Part shown: piece after piece, positions 52,190 to 61,064 of the stretch | Numbering within the stretch: position 1 is the first letter of the stretch | How the letters are laid out: every line of letters starts with the position of its first letter | The notes under the pieces: model-generated | The model's input: only the letters and a program-made list of their open reading frames with translations | What the model was told of the DNA's origin: nothing | Databases searched by the model: none | Assembly: GCA_013697295.1 (NCBI GenBank) | Contig: JACCXF010000202.1 | Coordinates: 4,027-68,026 of the forward strand | Length of the DNA stretch: 64,000 nt | DNA from: Actinomycetota bacterium | GTDB lineage: Bacteria > Actinomycetota > CADDZG01 > WHSQ01 | Direction of reading: 5' to 3' | Position numbers and translations under genes: made by a program

Positions 52190-52995
52190 AGCATCACGTT
52201 GATCTCGTCCAGCACCCGTTCGCCCAGAACCGCATCTCCCCGTAGTTCAAGCCGGCCACGAGCGCGAGCCTGTTCGGGGGTCCAGCGCCCGCAGGTGAGA
52301 CAGCAGAAGGTCTCGACATCGATGCCGAACCAAACGTCAGGGTCACTCGCGGAGGTCTCGATTGGGTGCGCTCGGCCACCCTCGACACCCACGGTCCGGA
52401 TCACGACGGGTGGATCGCCCACCTCGAAGGAAACGATGGAGCCGTCGGATGCGGCGGCGCGTTTGCCGATCACGTAAGGCATGGCCAGCATCAGGCGTTC
52501 GGTCACGAACACCGGAACCGGCCCGTCGAGGTGGCCCGGCCGTCCTGCCCCTCGCCGTATGTCCTGCTCGTGCGTCCACGAATCCACGACCCTGGTGGCG
52601 AGAAGATCCCGCATCGTCCCCGGTCCCACCGGGGTCCAGGCATCGACTTGAAGATCCGCCTCCGTCCAACCGCTTATCTCGATCAGACGCTCTTCTGTCA
52701 CGGCTCTGAACTCGTCGAGGACCTCCTGGGCAGAGTGGGACCGCCTGAAGTCGACCGCCACCTCGTTCACCGAGCCGAGTTCATTCTTTACATGGTCGCG
52801 CTCGCCGGGGTCGTGCTCGGGAAGAGGACGTCCCATGAAGAAGGACTCTGAACCGCAGAGATGAGCGACGACATCCTTCACGTTCCAGCCGGGGAGATCG
52901 GTCTCGGCGTTCCAGTCCTCGGGCTCGAACGAGCTACACAGCTCGTCGATCGATCTCCAGATGATGCCCAGATGCTCGGCCTCTGGCGCGGTCAC
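52186..52995 (-). CDS. Maleylpyruvate isomerase-family mycothiol-dependent enzyme (MDMPI/DinB)
   Basis: T.LPGW.VKDVVAH, DSWTHEQDIR; C-terminal SCP2-like part. Confidence 0.82.
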   Translation of the reverse strand: MTAPEAEHLGIIWRSIDELCSSFEPEDWNAETDLPGWNVKDVVAHLCGSESFFMGRPLPEHDPGERDHVKNELGSVNEVAVDFRRSHSAQEVLDEFRAVTEERLIEISGWTEADLQVDAWTPVGPGTMRDLLATRVVDSWTHEQDIRRGAGRPGHLDGPVPVFVTERLMLAMPYVIGKRAAASDGSIVSFEVGDPPVVIRTVGVEGGRAHPIETSASDPDVWFGIDVETFCCLTCGRWTPEQARARGRLELRGDAVLGERVLDEINVML

Positions 52996-53000
52996 CAGCG

Positions 53001-53945
53001 TCAGGCCACCGGTGCTTCGGGAGTCGCGCCGTCCCCTTGGTTGTCGATGTCCTGCGCAACCGCCTTCATCGCAGCTATGGCTACCTCGATCTGATCTAGC
53101 GAAGGAGGCTTGGTGGTGATCCGCTGCAGGGCCAACCCCGGAAGCATCGAGAGTTTGAAGAACCACGAGTCCTCGTTGCGCGACGCAAGCTTGATGACCT
53201 CGTACGAGAAGCCGGCGAGAAGGGGGATAGCCAAGAGACGCAAGCCGATGCGTGGGAACAACGCCGTGGGTCCGATGAGATCGATGATGAAGTGGGCGAT
53301 GATCGTCAAGAACAACACGATGAACAGGAAGTTCGTCCCGCAGCGAACGTGAAGCGTCGAATAGTCACGGTCGATGGCAGCGGGATCGAGCTCATCCCCG
53401 TTCTCATAGGCATAGATGGTCTTGTGCTCGGCCCCGTGGTACTGGAATACGCGCCGGATGTCCTTGAACTGCCCGATCAGCAACAGGTAACCGACGAACA
53501 TCGACAGACGTATGGCGCCCTCGATCAGATTCGAGACGAGCTTCCCGTCTGGAGAAACATCGATGAGGTTCTCGACCAACCTCGTTCCGAGCACCGGCAG
53601 CGCGATGAAGATCGCCGAGAACAAGATGATGGATGTTCCCATCGTGATCCCGAGCTGTTTGTCGGAAAGCTGGTCCTCTTCCTCGTCCAGAGCCTGATTC
53701 GCCGAGATCATCAGCGCCTTCATCCCGATCATCAGGGACTCGATGAGGACCAAGCATCCGCGCAGCAGGGGCCACTTCAGCCACCGGTGGCGCTGGGCGA
53801 GAGTTGGCAGGGGGTGTCGCTCGATCGCTATGGAGTCGTCTGGGCGGCGACACGCGACCGACCACGACGAGGGACCCCGCATCATGACTCCCTCCAATAC
53901 GGCCTGCCCTCCAACGGAAGGCTTCGGGGGGGTCGTTCGTCCCAC
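53001..53945 (-). CDS. DUF1385 (YqhQ-like) membrane protein
   Basis: GGQAVLEGVMMR, FQYHGAEHK, RCGTNF, LQRITT. Confidence 0.9.
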   Translation of the reverse strand: MGRTTPPKPSVGGQAVLEGVMMRGPSSWSVACRRPDDSIAIERHPLPTLAQRHRWLKWPLLRGCLVLIESLMIGMKALMISANQALDEEEDQLSDKQLGITMGTSIILFSAIFIALPVLGTRLVENLIDVSPDGKLVSNLIEGAIRLSMFVGYLLLIGQFKDIRRVFQYHGAEHKTIYAYENGDELDPAAIDRDYSTLHVRCGTNFLFIVLFLTIIAHFIIDLIGPTALFPRIGLRLLAIPLLAGFSYEVIKLASRNEDSWFFKLSMLPGLALQRITTKPPSLDQIEVAIAAMKAVAQDIDNQGDGATPEAPVA

Positions 53946-53951
53946 GGAGTA

Positions 53952-54212
53952 CTACGCCTGTTGGGTTTCGGTGGTGGATTCCTCGGCCAAAGCCGGAGCC
54001 GGAGCCGCCTGGGCGCGCTTCGCGTACTTGCGCTGGAAGCGCTCGACCCGACCACCCGTGTCGACGAGCTTCTGCTTGCCCGTGTAGAAGGGATGACACT
54101 TGTTGCACAGCTCGACGTGCAACTCCTCTTTCACCGAGCGCGTCGTGAAGGTGTTCCCACACGAGCACGACACCTTTGTCTCGGTGTACTCGGGATGGAT
54201 ACCTTGCCTCAT
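53952..54212 (-). CDS. rpmE: 50S ribosomal protein L31 (Zn-binding C+ type)
   Basis: [26 protein letters not shown]. Confidence 0.96.
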   Translation of the reverse strand: MRQGIHPEYTETKVSCSCGNTFTTRSVKEELHVELCNKCHPFYTGKQKLVDTGGRVERFQRKYAKRAQAAPAPALAEESTTETQQA

Positions 54213-54382
54213 TCGTCGTCCTTTCGAATCCCACCGTCGCCCTCGATCGCCTGTTGCTCCCGGCGTTCTCGAGCCCTCTCGTAAGCCCTGGCCCCGCGCA
54301 CCATGACATAGAAGGTGAGGAAGAGGCCGCCTACGAGTCCGATGATAGTCAGCCATTCCGGCCAACCCAAACCGAATACCAA
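54209..54382 (-). CDS. Unannotated 57-aa single-TM peptide with TatA-like N-terminus, coupled to rpmE
   Basis: GAGGG SD plus TTG start: [57 protein letters not shown]; its TGA overlaps the rpmE ATG. Confidence 0.6.
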   Translation of the reverse strand: MVFGLGWPEWLTIIGLVGGLFLTFYVMVRGARAYERARERREQQAIEGDGGIRKDDE

Positions 54383-54401
54383 TTATTCCCTCTTTATCTG
54401 C

Positions 54402-54421
54402 GCGATCGTCGAGACGATCGC
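54402..54421. repeat. REP-like palindrome copy 3
   Basis: Identical to 16750-16769, with a similar flank. Confidence 0.8.
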
Positions 54422-54457
54422 TGCCTGTGCTCGCCTCTCCGCGAGGGTCGCGAGGGC

Positions 54458-56095
54458 CTAATCGCCCTTGACCGGGACCTTGGCTATCTCCCGCAGGAAC
54501 TCGCCGTTGCCCCTGGTGGCCTTCATCTTGTCGATCAGGAGCTCGAGAGCGCCGCCACCCTCGAGGGCGTGCAGCACCCTACGGAGACGCCATACCAGCT
54601 GTAGCTCCTCGGGCGTGAGGAGCAACTCCTCTTTTCGGGTTCCGGAGGCGGAGATGTCGATCGCCGGGAAGATCCGCTTCTCGGACATCTTCCGGTCGAG
54701 CCGCAACTCCCAGTTACCCGTGCCCTTGAACTCCTCGAAGATGACCTCGTCCATACGAGATCCCGTCTCGACCAGAGCCGTTGCCAGGATGGTCAGCGAG
54801 CCGCCGTGCTCGATATTCCTGGCGGCACCGAAGAAACGCTTCGGTGGGTACAGAGCCGTGGAGTCGACGCCACCGGACAGGATCCTTCCCGATGCCGGAG
54901 TTGCCAGGTTGTACGACCTCGAGAGTCGCGTGATCCCGTCGAGAACGATCATCACGTCCTGGCCCATCTCGACGAGCCGCTTCGCACGCTCGAGCGTTAG
55001 TTCCGTGACCTGGATGTGGTCATCGGACGGACGGTCGAAGGTGGAGAAGACCACCTCGGCGCCGTCCACGCTCCGCTGCATGTCGGTTACCTCTTCGGGT
55101 CGCTCGTCTACGAGCAACACCACGAGATGCACTTCGGGATTGTTGGCTCGGACGGCATTCGCGATCTCTTTCAGAACGGTCGTTTTCCCGGCCTTCGGAG
55201 GACTCACGATCATCCCGCGCTGACCCTTACCGATCGGCGCGACCAGGTCGATGATGCGCGCGGTGATGTGGCGAGGGTCATCGTGCTGCTCGAGCGTCAA
55301 CCGCTGCTGCGGGTACAGGGGCGTGAGGTCTGCGAAGCGGGGTCGGTTCTGAACCGCCTCGGGGTCCTCTCCATTGATCTTGTGTATCCGAAGTAGGGCC
55401 TGGTACTTCTCCGAGTCCTTCGGCGACCGCACGGAGCCGGTGATCTCGTCACCCTTGCGGAGCCTGAAGCGACGCACCTGCGATGCGGATACGTACACGT
55501 CCTTGTCGCCCGGCAAATATCCATGGGTCCGCAGGAACCCGTAGCCCTCCGGCAGGAGGTCGAGTATCCCGGTGCGAACCTCGGCGTTCGGATCTTCTTC
55601 GGCCTCGAGGTCCTCCCAGCTCTCTTCGCGCACGAAGTGCTGGCCGCCTCCCGGGCCGCCGCCGGGGCTGCCGCCGCGTCCGCGACGACGCCGGCGTCCA
55701 CGCCCCTCACGCGGGTCGGCTTTCTCGCGGGGTCGTTGCTGCCGGCCGCCCTGCTGCTGAGGGCGGCGCCGCTGCTGTTGCTGCTGCGGTCGGTCGTCGG
55801 AGCGGCGATCGTCTACCGCATCCTGGTCCACGACTGCAGCCGCCCCGTTATCGGACGCGCCGTCGCTCGACCCCGTGACCTCTTCGACCGAAGGGGCGAC
55901 CTCACGCTTGGGGGTCTTGGTTACAGCTTGGGCTGATGGAGCGCCGTTACTCCTGCGCCCACCGCCATTACCGGAGATCGCGTCGATGATCTCGGACTTC
56001 TTCAGTCCGGTGGTCTTTACGTCCATCGATTTGGCTATCGCCCTGAGCTCGGTGACTGCTTTTGATTCGAGTACCGAGCGGTCCATGTCGGACAC
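54458..56095 (-). CDS. rho: Transcription termination factor Rho with N-terminal low-complexity insertion
   Basis: [39 protein letters not shown]. Confidence 0.97.
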   Translation of the reverse strand: MSDMDRSVLESKAVTELRAIAKSMDVKTTGLKKSEIIDAISGNGGGRRSNGAPSAQAVTKTPKREVAPSVEEVTGSSDGASDNGAAAVVDQDAVDDRRSDDRPQQQQQRRRPQQQGGRQQRPREKADPREGRGRRRRRGRGGSPGGGPGGGQHFVREESWEDLEAEEDPNAEVRTGILDLLPEGYGFLRTHGYLPGDKDVYVSASQVRRFRLRKGDEITGSVRSPKDSEKYQALLRIHKINGEDPEAVQNRPRFADLTPLYPQQRLTLEQHDDPRHITARIIDLVAPIGKGQRGMIVSPPKAGKTTVLKEIANAVRANNPEVHLVVLLVDERPEEVTDMQRSVDGAEVVFSTFDRPSDDHIQVTELTLERAKRLVEMGQDVMIVLDGITRLSRSYNLATPASGRILSGGVDSTALYPPKRFFGAARNIEHGGSLTILATALVETGSRMDEVIFEEFKGTGNWELRLDRKMSEKRIFPAIDISASGTRKEELLLTPEELQLVWRLRRVLHALEGGGALELLIDKMKATRGNGEFLREIAKVPVKGD

Positions 56096-56098
56096 CTT

Positions 56099-56782
56099 CT
56101 ATGCCTCCTGCATCGAGGGTGGAAGCTCTCCCAGGTGGGGCTGAGCTGCCTCCCAGTCATCCAAGAATTTCTTTGCGCCTGCATCCGTCAGGGGGTGTGT
56201 GACCAACGACTCGAAAACCTTGGAGGGCATCGTCGCTATGTCCGCCCCTATGCGTGCGGCCTCGACCACATGCATGGGATGACGCAGGCTCGCCGCGAGG
56301 ACGTGGCTCTGATAGCCCTGGACGGCGTAGATCTCGCAGATGTCGGACAGCGTTCTGAGGCTGTCCGTCGCGATGTCATCTAGTCTACCAAGAAAAGGCG
56401 ACACGATGTACGCACCCGCTTCTGCGGCCAGGATGGCCTGGGAGGGCGAGAAGATCAGCGTCACGTTCACCTTGATCCCTTCGTCGGATAGACCCCGCGT
56501 CGCGGCGAGGCCCGCCTGCGTCATGGCGATCTTCACGACGGCGTTATCTGCGATCTGAGCGATCTCGTGCCCTTGACGGATCAGGAGCTCTGCATCGTCG
56601 ATCGAGGTCGTCTCTATCGATACATCTCCATCGACGATGGAACAGATCTCCTTCACGAGAGGCAGGAATCCCTGCTCCTCTTTACCGATCAGAGAGGGAT
56701 TCGTCGTCACGCCGCGCAGCACCCCCCAGCTCGCCGCGCTGCGGATCTCTTCGAGGTTCGCGCTGTCGAGTGAAAGCTTCAC
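56099..56782 (-). CDS. tal: Transaldolase/fructose-6-phosphate aldolase (short type)
   Basis: LDSA, GVTTNPSL, VVKI, NVTLIFS, SPFLGRLDD, AASLR, HPLT; AAAGGAG SD. Confidence 0.88.
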   Translation of the reverse strand: MKLSLDSANLEEIRSAASWGVLRGVTTNPSLIGKEEQGFLPLVKEICSIVDGDVSIETTSIDDAELLIRQGHEIAQIADNAVVKIAMTQAGLAATRGLSDEGIKVNVTLIFSPSQAILAAEAGAYIVSPFLGRLDDIATDSLRTLSDICEIYAVQGYQSHVLAASLRHPMHVVEAARIGADIATMPSKVFESLVTHPLTDAGAKKFLDDWEAAQPHLGELPPSMQEA

Positions 56783-56798
56783 GAAGCAGCTCCTTTGA

Positions 56799-57779
56799 TC
56801 ATGTACGGGGGCCGACAACTTCGGCCGCCGCTTCCAATAACTTGTCCTGACGCGAAGCAACTTCGGTCCCCTGATCCGTCATCTCGAAGGCCTTCCGGAT
56901 GACGTGGTCGATGACGTTAGTCAAGGTCGCGTCCAGGTCGATATGAGTGATGACTGGGACGCCGCGCATCCGAGCCGACGACAACATGTACTTCTGCAGC
57001 CTTCTGATCGCCTTGAAGTTGTTGAGATACCGCTCGCCGGGCCGCTGGCGCGACTCACGCGTCCGCCAGTAGAAGTGGCTGCGGTGCAGCTCCTCGTCCT
57101 CGACCGTCACCAACAAGGGCACGATGACCGCGTCCTTGTGCTCGACTCCCTCGAGGAACCCGGGCACCAGATGCGTTCCCTCGACGATGAGATCGGTCCC
57201 TTCGGCGATGGCGCGGTCGATCAACGCTTGAGCGCCGACGGCCACCGTCGAAGCCTGCTCCCTGAACCCGATGATCAACTTGTCTCCCGAGTGTGGGATC
57301 GGCTGACGAACCGCCTTGTCGGCTTCGAATGAAGAGGCATACAGGGTGGGGAACATCTCACGTGTGAAAGCGCTGCGGAGCACCTCGCGGACTGCATCCG
57401 TGGAGATGACCCGGGTGATGCCTAGGCGCGTCGCGAGCTGGGTGGCGATGGTGGACTTGCCCACGCCCGTAGCGCCACCGATCAAGATGATGAGCGGCGC
57501 GTCGAGATCCGCTACGGACTGCCACTTGATGAAGGCCTTGGCGTAATCGTCTCCGACTTCGCGCCGCAGAACCTCTAGCGTCAGGTCCTGCAACTCGTCC
57601 TCTGACACGGTTGCCACATCGCGAGCGATCAGTTCCTGCTCGACCATGTTGGCGATGCCGTAGGATTGGATCGGCCCCAGGCCCGTCACGGCGAGCGACG
57701 AGGCGGCCAGGCCTTTCGAGTAAGGAAGCCCATGTTCGTGCTCCGAGATCAGGATCCGCTTGCGGCGTTTCTCGTTCAC
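56799..57779 (-). CDS. pgk2: 2-phosphoglycerate kinase (ATP-cone plus P-loop)
   Basis: LPYSKG ATP-cone start; IILIGGATGVGKST, ISTDAVRE, IVEGTHLVPG; GTGA overlap with cpgS. Confidence 0.82.
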   Translation of the reverse strand: MNEKRRKRILISEHEHGLPYSKGLAASSLAVTGLGPIQSYGIANMVEQELIARDVATVSEDELQDLTLEVLRREVGDDYAKAFIKWQSVADLDAPLIILIGGATGVGKSTIATQLATRLGITRVISTDAVREVLRSAFTREMFPTLYASSFEADKAVRQPIPHSGDKLIIGFREQASTVAVGAQALIDRAIAEGTDLIVEGTHLVPGFLEGVEHKDAVIVPLLVTVEDEELHRSHFYWRTRESRQRPGERYLNNFKAIRRLQKYMLSSARMRGVPVITHIDLDATLTNVIDHVIRKAFEMTDQGTEVASRQDKLLEAAAEVVGPRT

Positions 57780-59149
57780 GCAGCCGGCTCTCCGTAGCGC
57801 GCGTCGGCCAGATCCGCGGCCCGGACGACAGCAGAGGTCACGTCGTCCCCGTCGATGCCACATGGAGCGTTGTCCATGTACACAACCTCGAGCCCCCCAT
57901 CCAGCGCCTTCCTCGTCGCGACGTCTATACCCGCCGCCTTAACCTCGCACAACAGAATGTCTGCGCCTCCTCCAAGTTCACCGATCTCCGCCTCCAACCG
58001 GGCCCTATCGGAGAGTGAATGAGTGATGCCGACCACCCTGCACCCATGAACCCGTTCGAGATGACTTGTGATCGACTCCGCCGCCTTCTCTGGAGCGGTC
58101 GTCGCTACAAACACGTCCGCCCCATCCACAGAAGCTGTCGGGGCCGGACGAAAAACGGTGCGAACAACCTGGATATCGCCCCCGGCTCCCTCTCCCTTTG
58201 TCTTCGGTCGAAAAGATCGCTGTATCGAAGAAACGATCGAAGAGATCCGGGAGGGCGAACCGAATGGGCTCTCACACATAGTAACGACCACGGTGTCGCA
58301 GAGCAACAATCGGTACAACCCCATGTACCCCACCAGGTATTCCTCGGGGATCGTCGCAGGAACCACCAGGATGGTCGCGTCGGCGTGGGCGGGGGGGATG
58401 GCCGACCCGGAACCCTCCAGTAACAGGAGGTCCCCGGGTAGATCGTTCGCCATCGCGATCCCCTGAGCGACATTGGAGTTCTCGACGGCCCCCGCCAAAC
58501 CCCCTCCGCAGCGCCGACACCCGACCGTCGGCACGCGGGCCAGCAGCGCGTCCTCGATGTAGTCGGACGCCGCGTGCCTCCCGGAATCGGCCAGGGCCAG
58601 GAGCTGGGTGGGAGTCAGCGAGATCTCGTCGCCCCTCAATATCTCTGGTTCGGGAGGCCCTCCTCGACCCATGGCCACCACGATGGGGTGGCGCCCCTCA
58701 TCCACTAGAGCTCTCGCTGCGAACCCGGCGACCGCGGTCTTGCCGGTTCGCTTCCCAGTCCCGATCACGGCGACCGAAGGTTTCTTCGCGAGGTGCGGGC
58801 GGGGCGGTGGGGAAAAGATGAAATCCGCGCCCTCGTAGGGGACGCCGTTGCTAAGGGCCACCCCCGCCAGGGCGTGGCGGCGACGGTAGTCCAGGACCGG
58901 TTCGTCCGACAGATCCAGAACCGCATCGGGCTGAAGCTTCATGAGTGAAGCTTCGAGGAGCCGGAGCGGGTCGGGCCCGCTCTCGACCGGCACACCGCCG
59001 AGCTGCGTGAGGCCGCCCGGGCCGATCTTCTCCACGCCGCCCACCAGAACGCACCCCGCGACCGAATGGCCGGAGACCCTCAAGTCCGACAAAGCGGCCT
59101 CGATGACCGGTGGATAGTGCTCGCCGTCGACCACAACCAGATAACGGAT
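57776..59149 (-). CDS. cpgS: Cyclic 2,3-diphosphoglycerate synthetase (start codon uncertain, possibly ATC)
   Basis: DGEHYPP, VGG.EK, DLSDEPV, GTGKRTGKT, MGRGGP, AASDY.ED, GCRRCGGGLAG, EGSG, EVKAA. Confidence 0.85.
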   Translation of the reverse strand: MRYLVVVDGEHYPPVIEAALSDLRVSGHSVAGCVLVGGVEKIGPGGLTQLGGVPVESGPDPLRLLEASLMKLQPDAVLDLSDEPVLDYRRRHALAGVALSNGVPYEGADFIFSPPPRPHLAKKPSVAVIGTGKRTGKTAVAGFAARALVDEGRHPIVVAMGRGGPPEPEILRGDEISLTPTQLLALADSGRHAASDYIEDALLARVPTVGCRRCGGGLAGAVENSNVAQGIAMANDLPGDLLLLEGSGSAIPPAHADATILVVPATIPEEYLVGYMGLYRLLLCDTVVVTMCESPFGSPSRISSIVSSIQRSFRPKTKGEGAGGDIQVVRTVFRPAPTASVDGADVFVATTAPEKAAESITSHLERVHGCRVVGITHSLSDRARLEAEIGELGGGADILLCEVKAAGIDVATRKALDGGLEVVYMDNAPCGIDGDDVTSAVVRAADLADARYGEPAA

Positions 59150-59246
59150 GGAAACCCCCAGAAAACGGAACGGGTTAGATACGGGGCTGAAAGGGAAACC
59201 TAAAGCAGTCAGCTTCCCTCGCTTAACCCAAAGGGGGCAACAAACA

Positions 59247-60017
59247 ATGCTCGGAAAGAACAAGGACACCTCGGCCACGGACCGGGACACGCACGTTCAC
59301 ACGCGCGATGTCGCCCGGGCTCGCGGCGGTGTTTCCTTCTGGTCGATCCTCACCGGGGTCGTTGTCGCGTACGGCGCGTTTCTTCTTATCTTCGCCATCG
59401 TCGCTGCTGCTACGGCGGCATCAGGAGTGGACGCGGACGCGGCGAGCGACGCAACCCGCGAGGTCGGTATCGGAGTAGCGATCGGAGCGGTCGTGACCTG
59501 GTTCCTCTCGTTTCTCTGGGGTGGCTACACCGCCGGGCGGATGGGACGTGGCGCGGGTGCGGTCAACGGACTGCTGGTCCCGGTCGTGTTCCTGCTCATC
59601 GGAGCGATCATCACGGCTCTTATCTCCGCTTTCGGCGAGACCGCCAACCTGCAGCTCCCGTTCACTGAGAACCAGCTCCCTATCCAGGGGAGTGAGCTCT
59701 ACGACTACTCCATCGGGTTCGGTATCGCGACCCTCGTAGCGATGTTTCTGGGGGCGATCCTCGGCGGAATGATGGGGCAGCGGTGGCACACCAAGCTCGA
59801 GCGTCGAGCGGTTGATCATGAGGAATCCGTCGCCGAAGAGCACCGTCGAGAGGCCATCGTCGACCGCGAGGAGAACCCACGCGACACGAGGCTCGAGGAG
59901 GCCCGCCGCGACGCGGCCACCACTCGGACAGATTCGACCGACAAAGATGTCGATCTACGGGACCGCAGCGCCGAGGAGGCACGCCGCACCACGGCCGAGC
60001 AGCAGAGGAACCGCTAG
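59247..60017 (+). CDS. 4-TM membrane protein with charged C-terminal tail
   Basis: AGGGGG SD; four Gly-rich TM helices; GGYTAGRM motif. Confidence 0.75.
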   Translation: MLGKNKDTSATDRDTHVHTRDVARARGGVSFWSILTGVVVAYGAFLLIFAIVAAATAASGVDADAASDATREVGIGVAIGAVVTWFLSFLWGGYTAGRMGRGAGAVNGLLVPVVFLLIGAIITALISAFGETANLQLPFTENQLPIQGSELYDYSIGFGIATLVAMFLGAILGGMMGQRWHTKLERRAVDHEESVAEEHRREAIVDREENPRDTRLEEARRDAATTRTDSTDKDVDLRDRSAEEARRTTAEQQRNR

Positions 60018-60046
60018 CACCAGACCTAGAGAAACAGGTTCGAGCG

Positions 60047-60072
60047 AGAAGCCCGGGTCAGCCCGGGCTTCT
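60047..60072. terminator. Bidirectional terminator between convergent genes
   Basis: AGAAGCCCGGG-TCAG-CCCGGGCTTCT. Confidence 0.75.
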
Positions 60073-60093
60073 TCGCGTCCGGATCACCGGGGC

Positions 60094-61002
60094 CTAGCCT
60101 TCCGTCGCGCCCGCCGATTCCCATTCGCTCACGAACACACGCCATCCTGCATCGCGCTCGCGGCAGACGCGGCGGACCTGTTCGGCCCTGGTTGCGGCTT
60201 CGGGGCGGGGGACGATGAGCAGCAGCGATGGGCCCGCCCCCGCGAGCGACACCGGCAAGCGCGCGGCGCGGAGCTCCTCGTGCACGGCGGCGGTCTCGGG
60301 CATCAGCGCGAGACGATGCGGCTCGTGGAGCCTGTCCGTCATCGCCTCGGCCAGGATGTCAGAACCTGCCCCCGAAGTCATCGCGCCAACCAACAGGGCG
60401 GCTCGCGAGGCGGTGAACTGCGCGTCCTCGAACGGCACTGCCGAGGGAAGTACCCGGCGCGCCTCCTCCGTCGGAAACCCCAACCGAGGCACCACGAGTA
60501 TCGGTACCAGTCGTTCGCTGACGTTCAGCCGGAAATGTTGTAGCTCGTTCGTCGCACCTCGATAGCAGACGACCAAGCCGCCGAGTAGCGCGGGCATGAC
60601 GTTGTCCGGATGCCCCTCCATAGAGGTGGCCAGTGCAACCATCTCGGCCTGCGGCACGGTTCGACCCGTAAGGGAACGCGCGGCAACCAGTCCGCCGACC
60701 GTAGCCGCCGCGGAGGATCCCAAGCCGGAAGCAAGCGGGATCGGATTCTTCACGCGTACCGCGTAACCCGGGGGCCGGCGCGCGACGTGGTCGAAGAAGG
60801 CGTTCATCGACTTGATGACGAGATTGGTGTCGTCGGTCGGGAGGTGGTCCGCGCCCTCGCCCTCCAGCATCACTTCGATCGAGTCGCGGCGGGGTTCGAT
60901 CTCGATCTCGAGGTGCATGCCGACCGCGGCCCCCAGCGCGTCGAATCCGGGCCCCAGGTTCGCGACCGTAGCCGGCACTCGAACTCGGACTGATGCCGTC
61001 AT
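60094..61002 (-). CDS. thrB: Homoserine kinase
   Basis: PAT.ANLGPGFD, PLASGLGSSAA, EGHPDN, GAGPS. Confidence 0.95.
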   Translation of the reverse strand: MTASVRVRVPATVANLGPGFDALGAAVGMHLEIEIEPRRDSIEVMLEGEGADHLPTDDTNLVIKSMNAFFDHVARRPPGYAVRVKNPIPLASGLGSSAAATVGGLVAARSLTGRTVPQAEMVALATSMEGHPDNVMPALLGGLVVCYRGATNELQHFRLNVSERLVPILVVPRLGFPTEEARRVLPSAVPFEDAQFTASRAALLVGAMTSGAGSDILAEAMTDRLHEPHRLALMPETAAVHEELRAARLPVSLAGAGPSLLLIVPRPEAATRAEQVRRVCRERDAGWRVFVSEWESAGATEG

Positions 61003-61064
61003 GTCTTTCCCCCTACCGTGGAGTTCCACGCGGACGGATCAATGGCATGCCGTGCCGGATGAAA

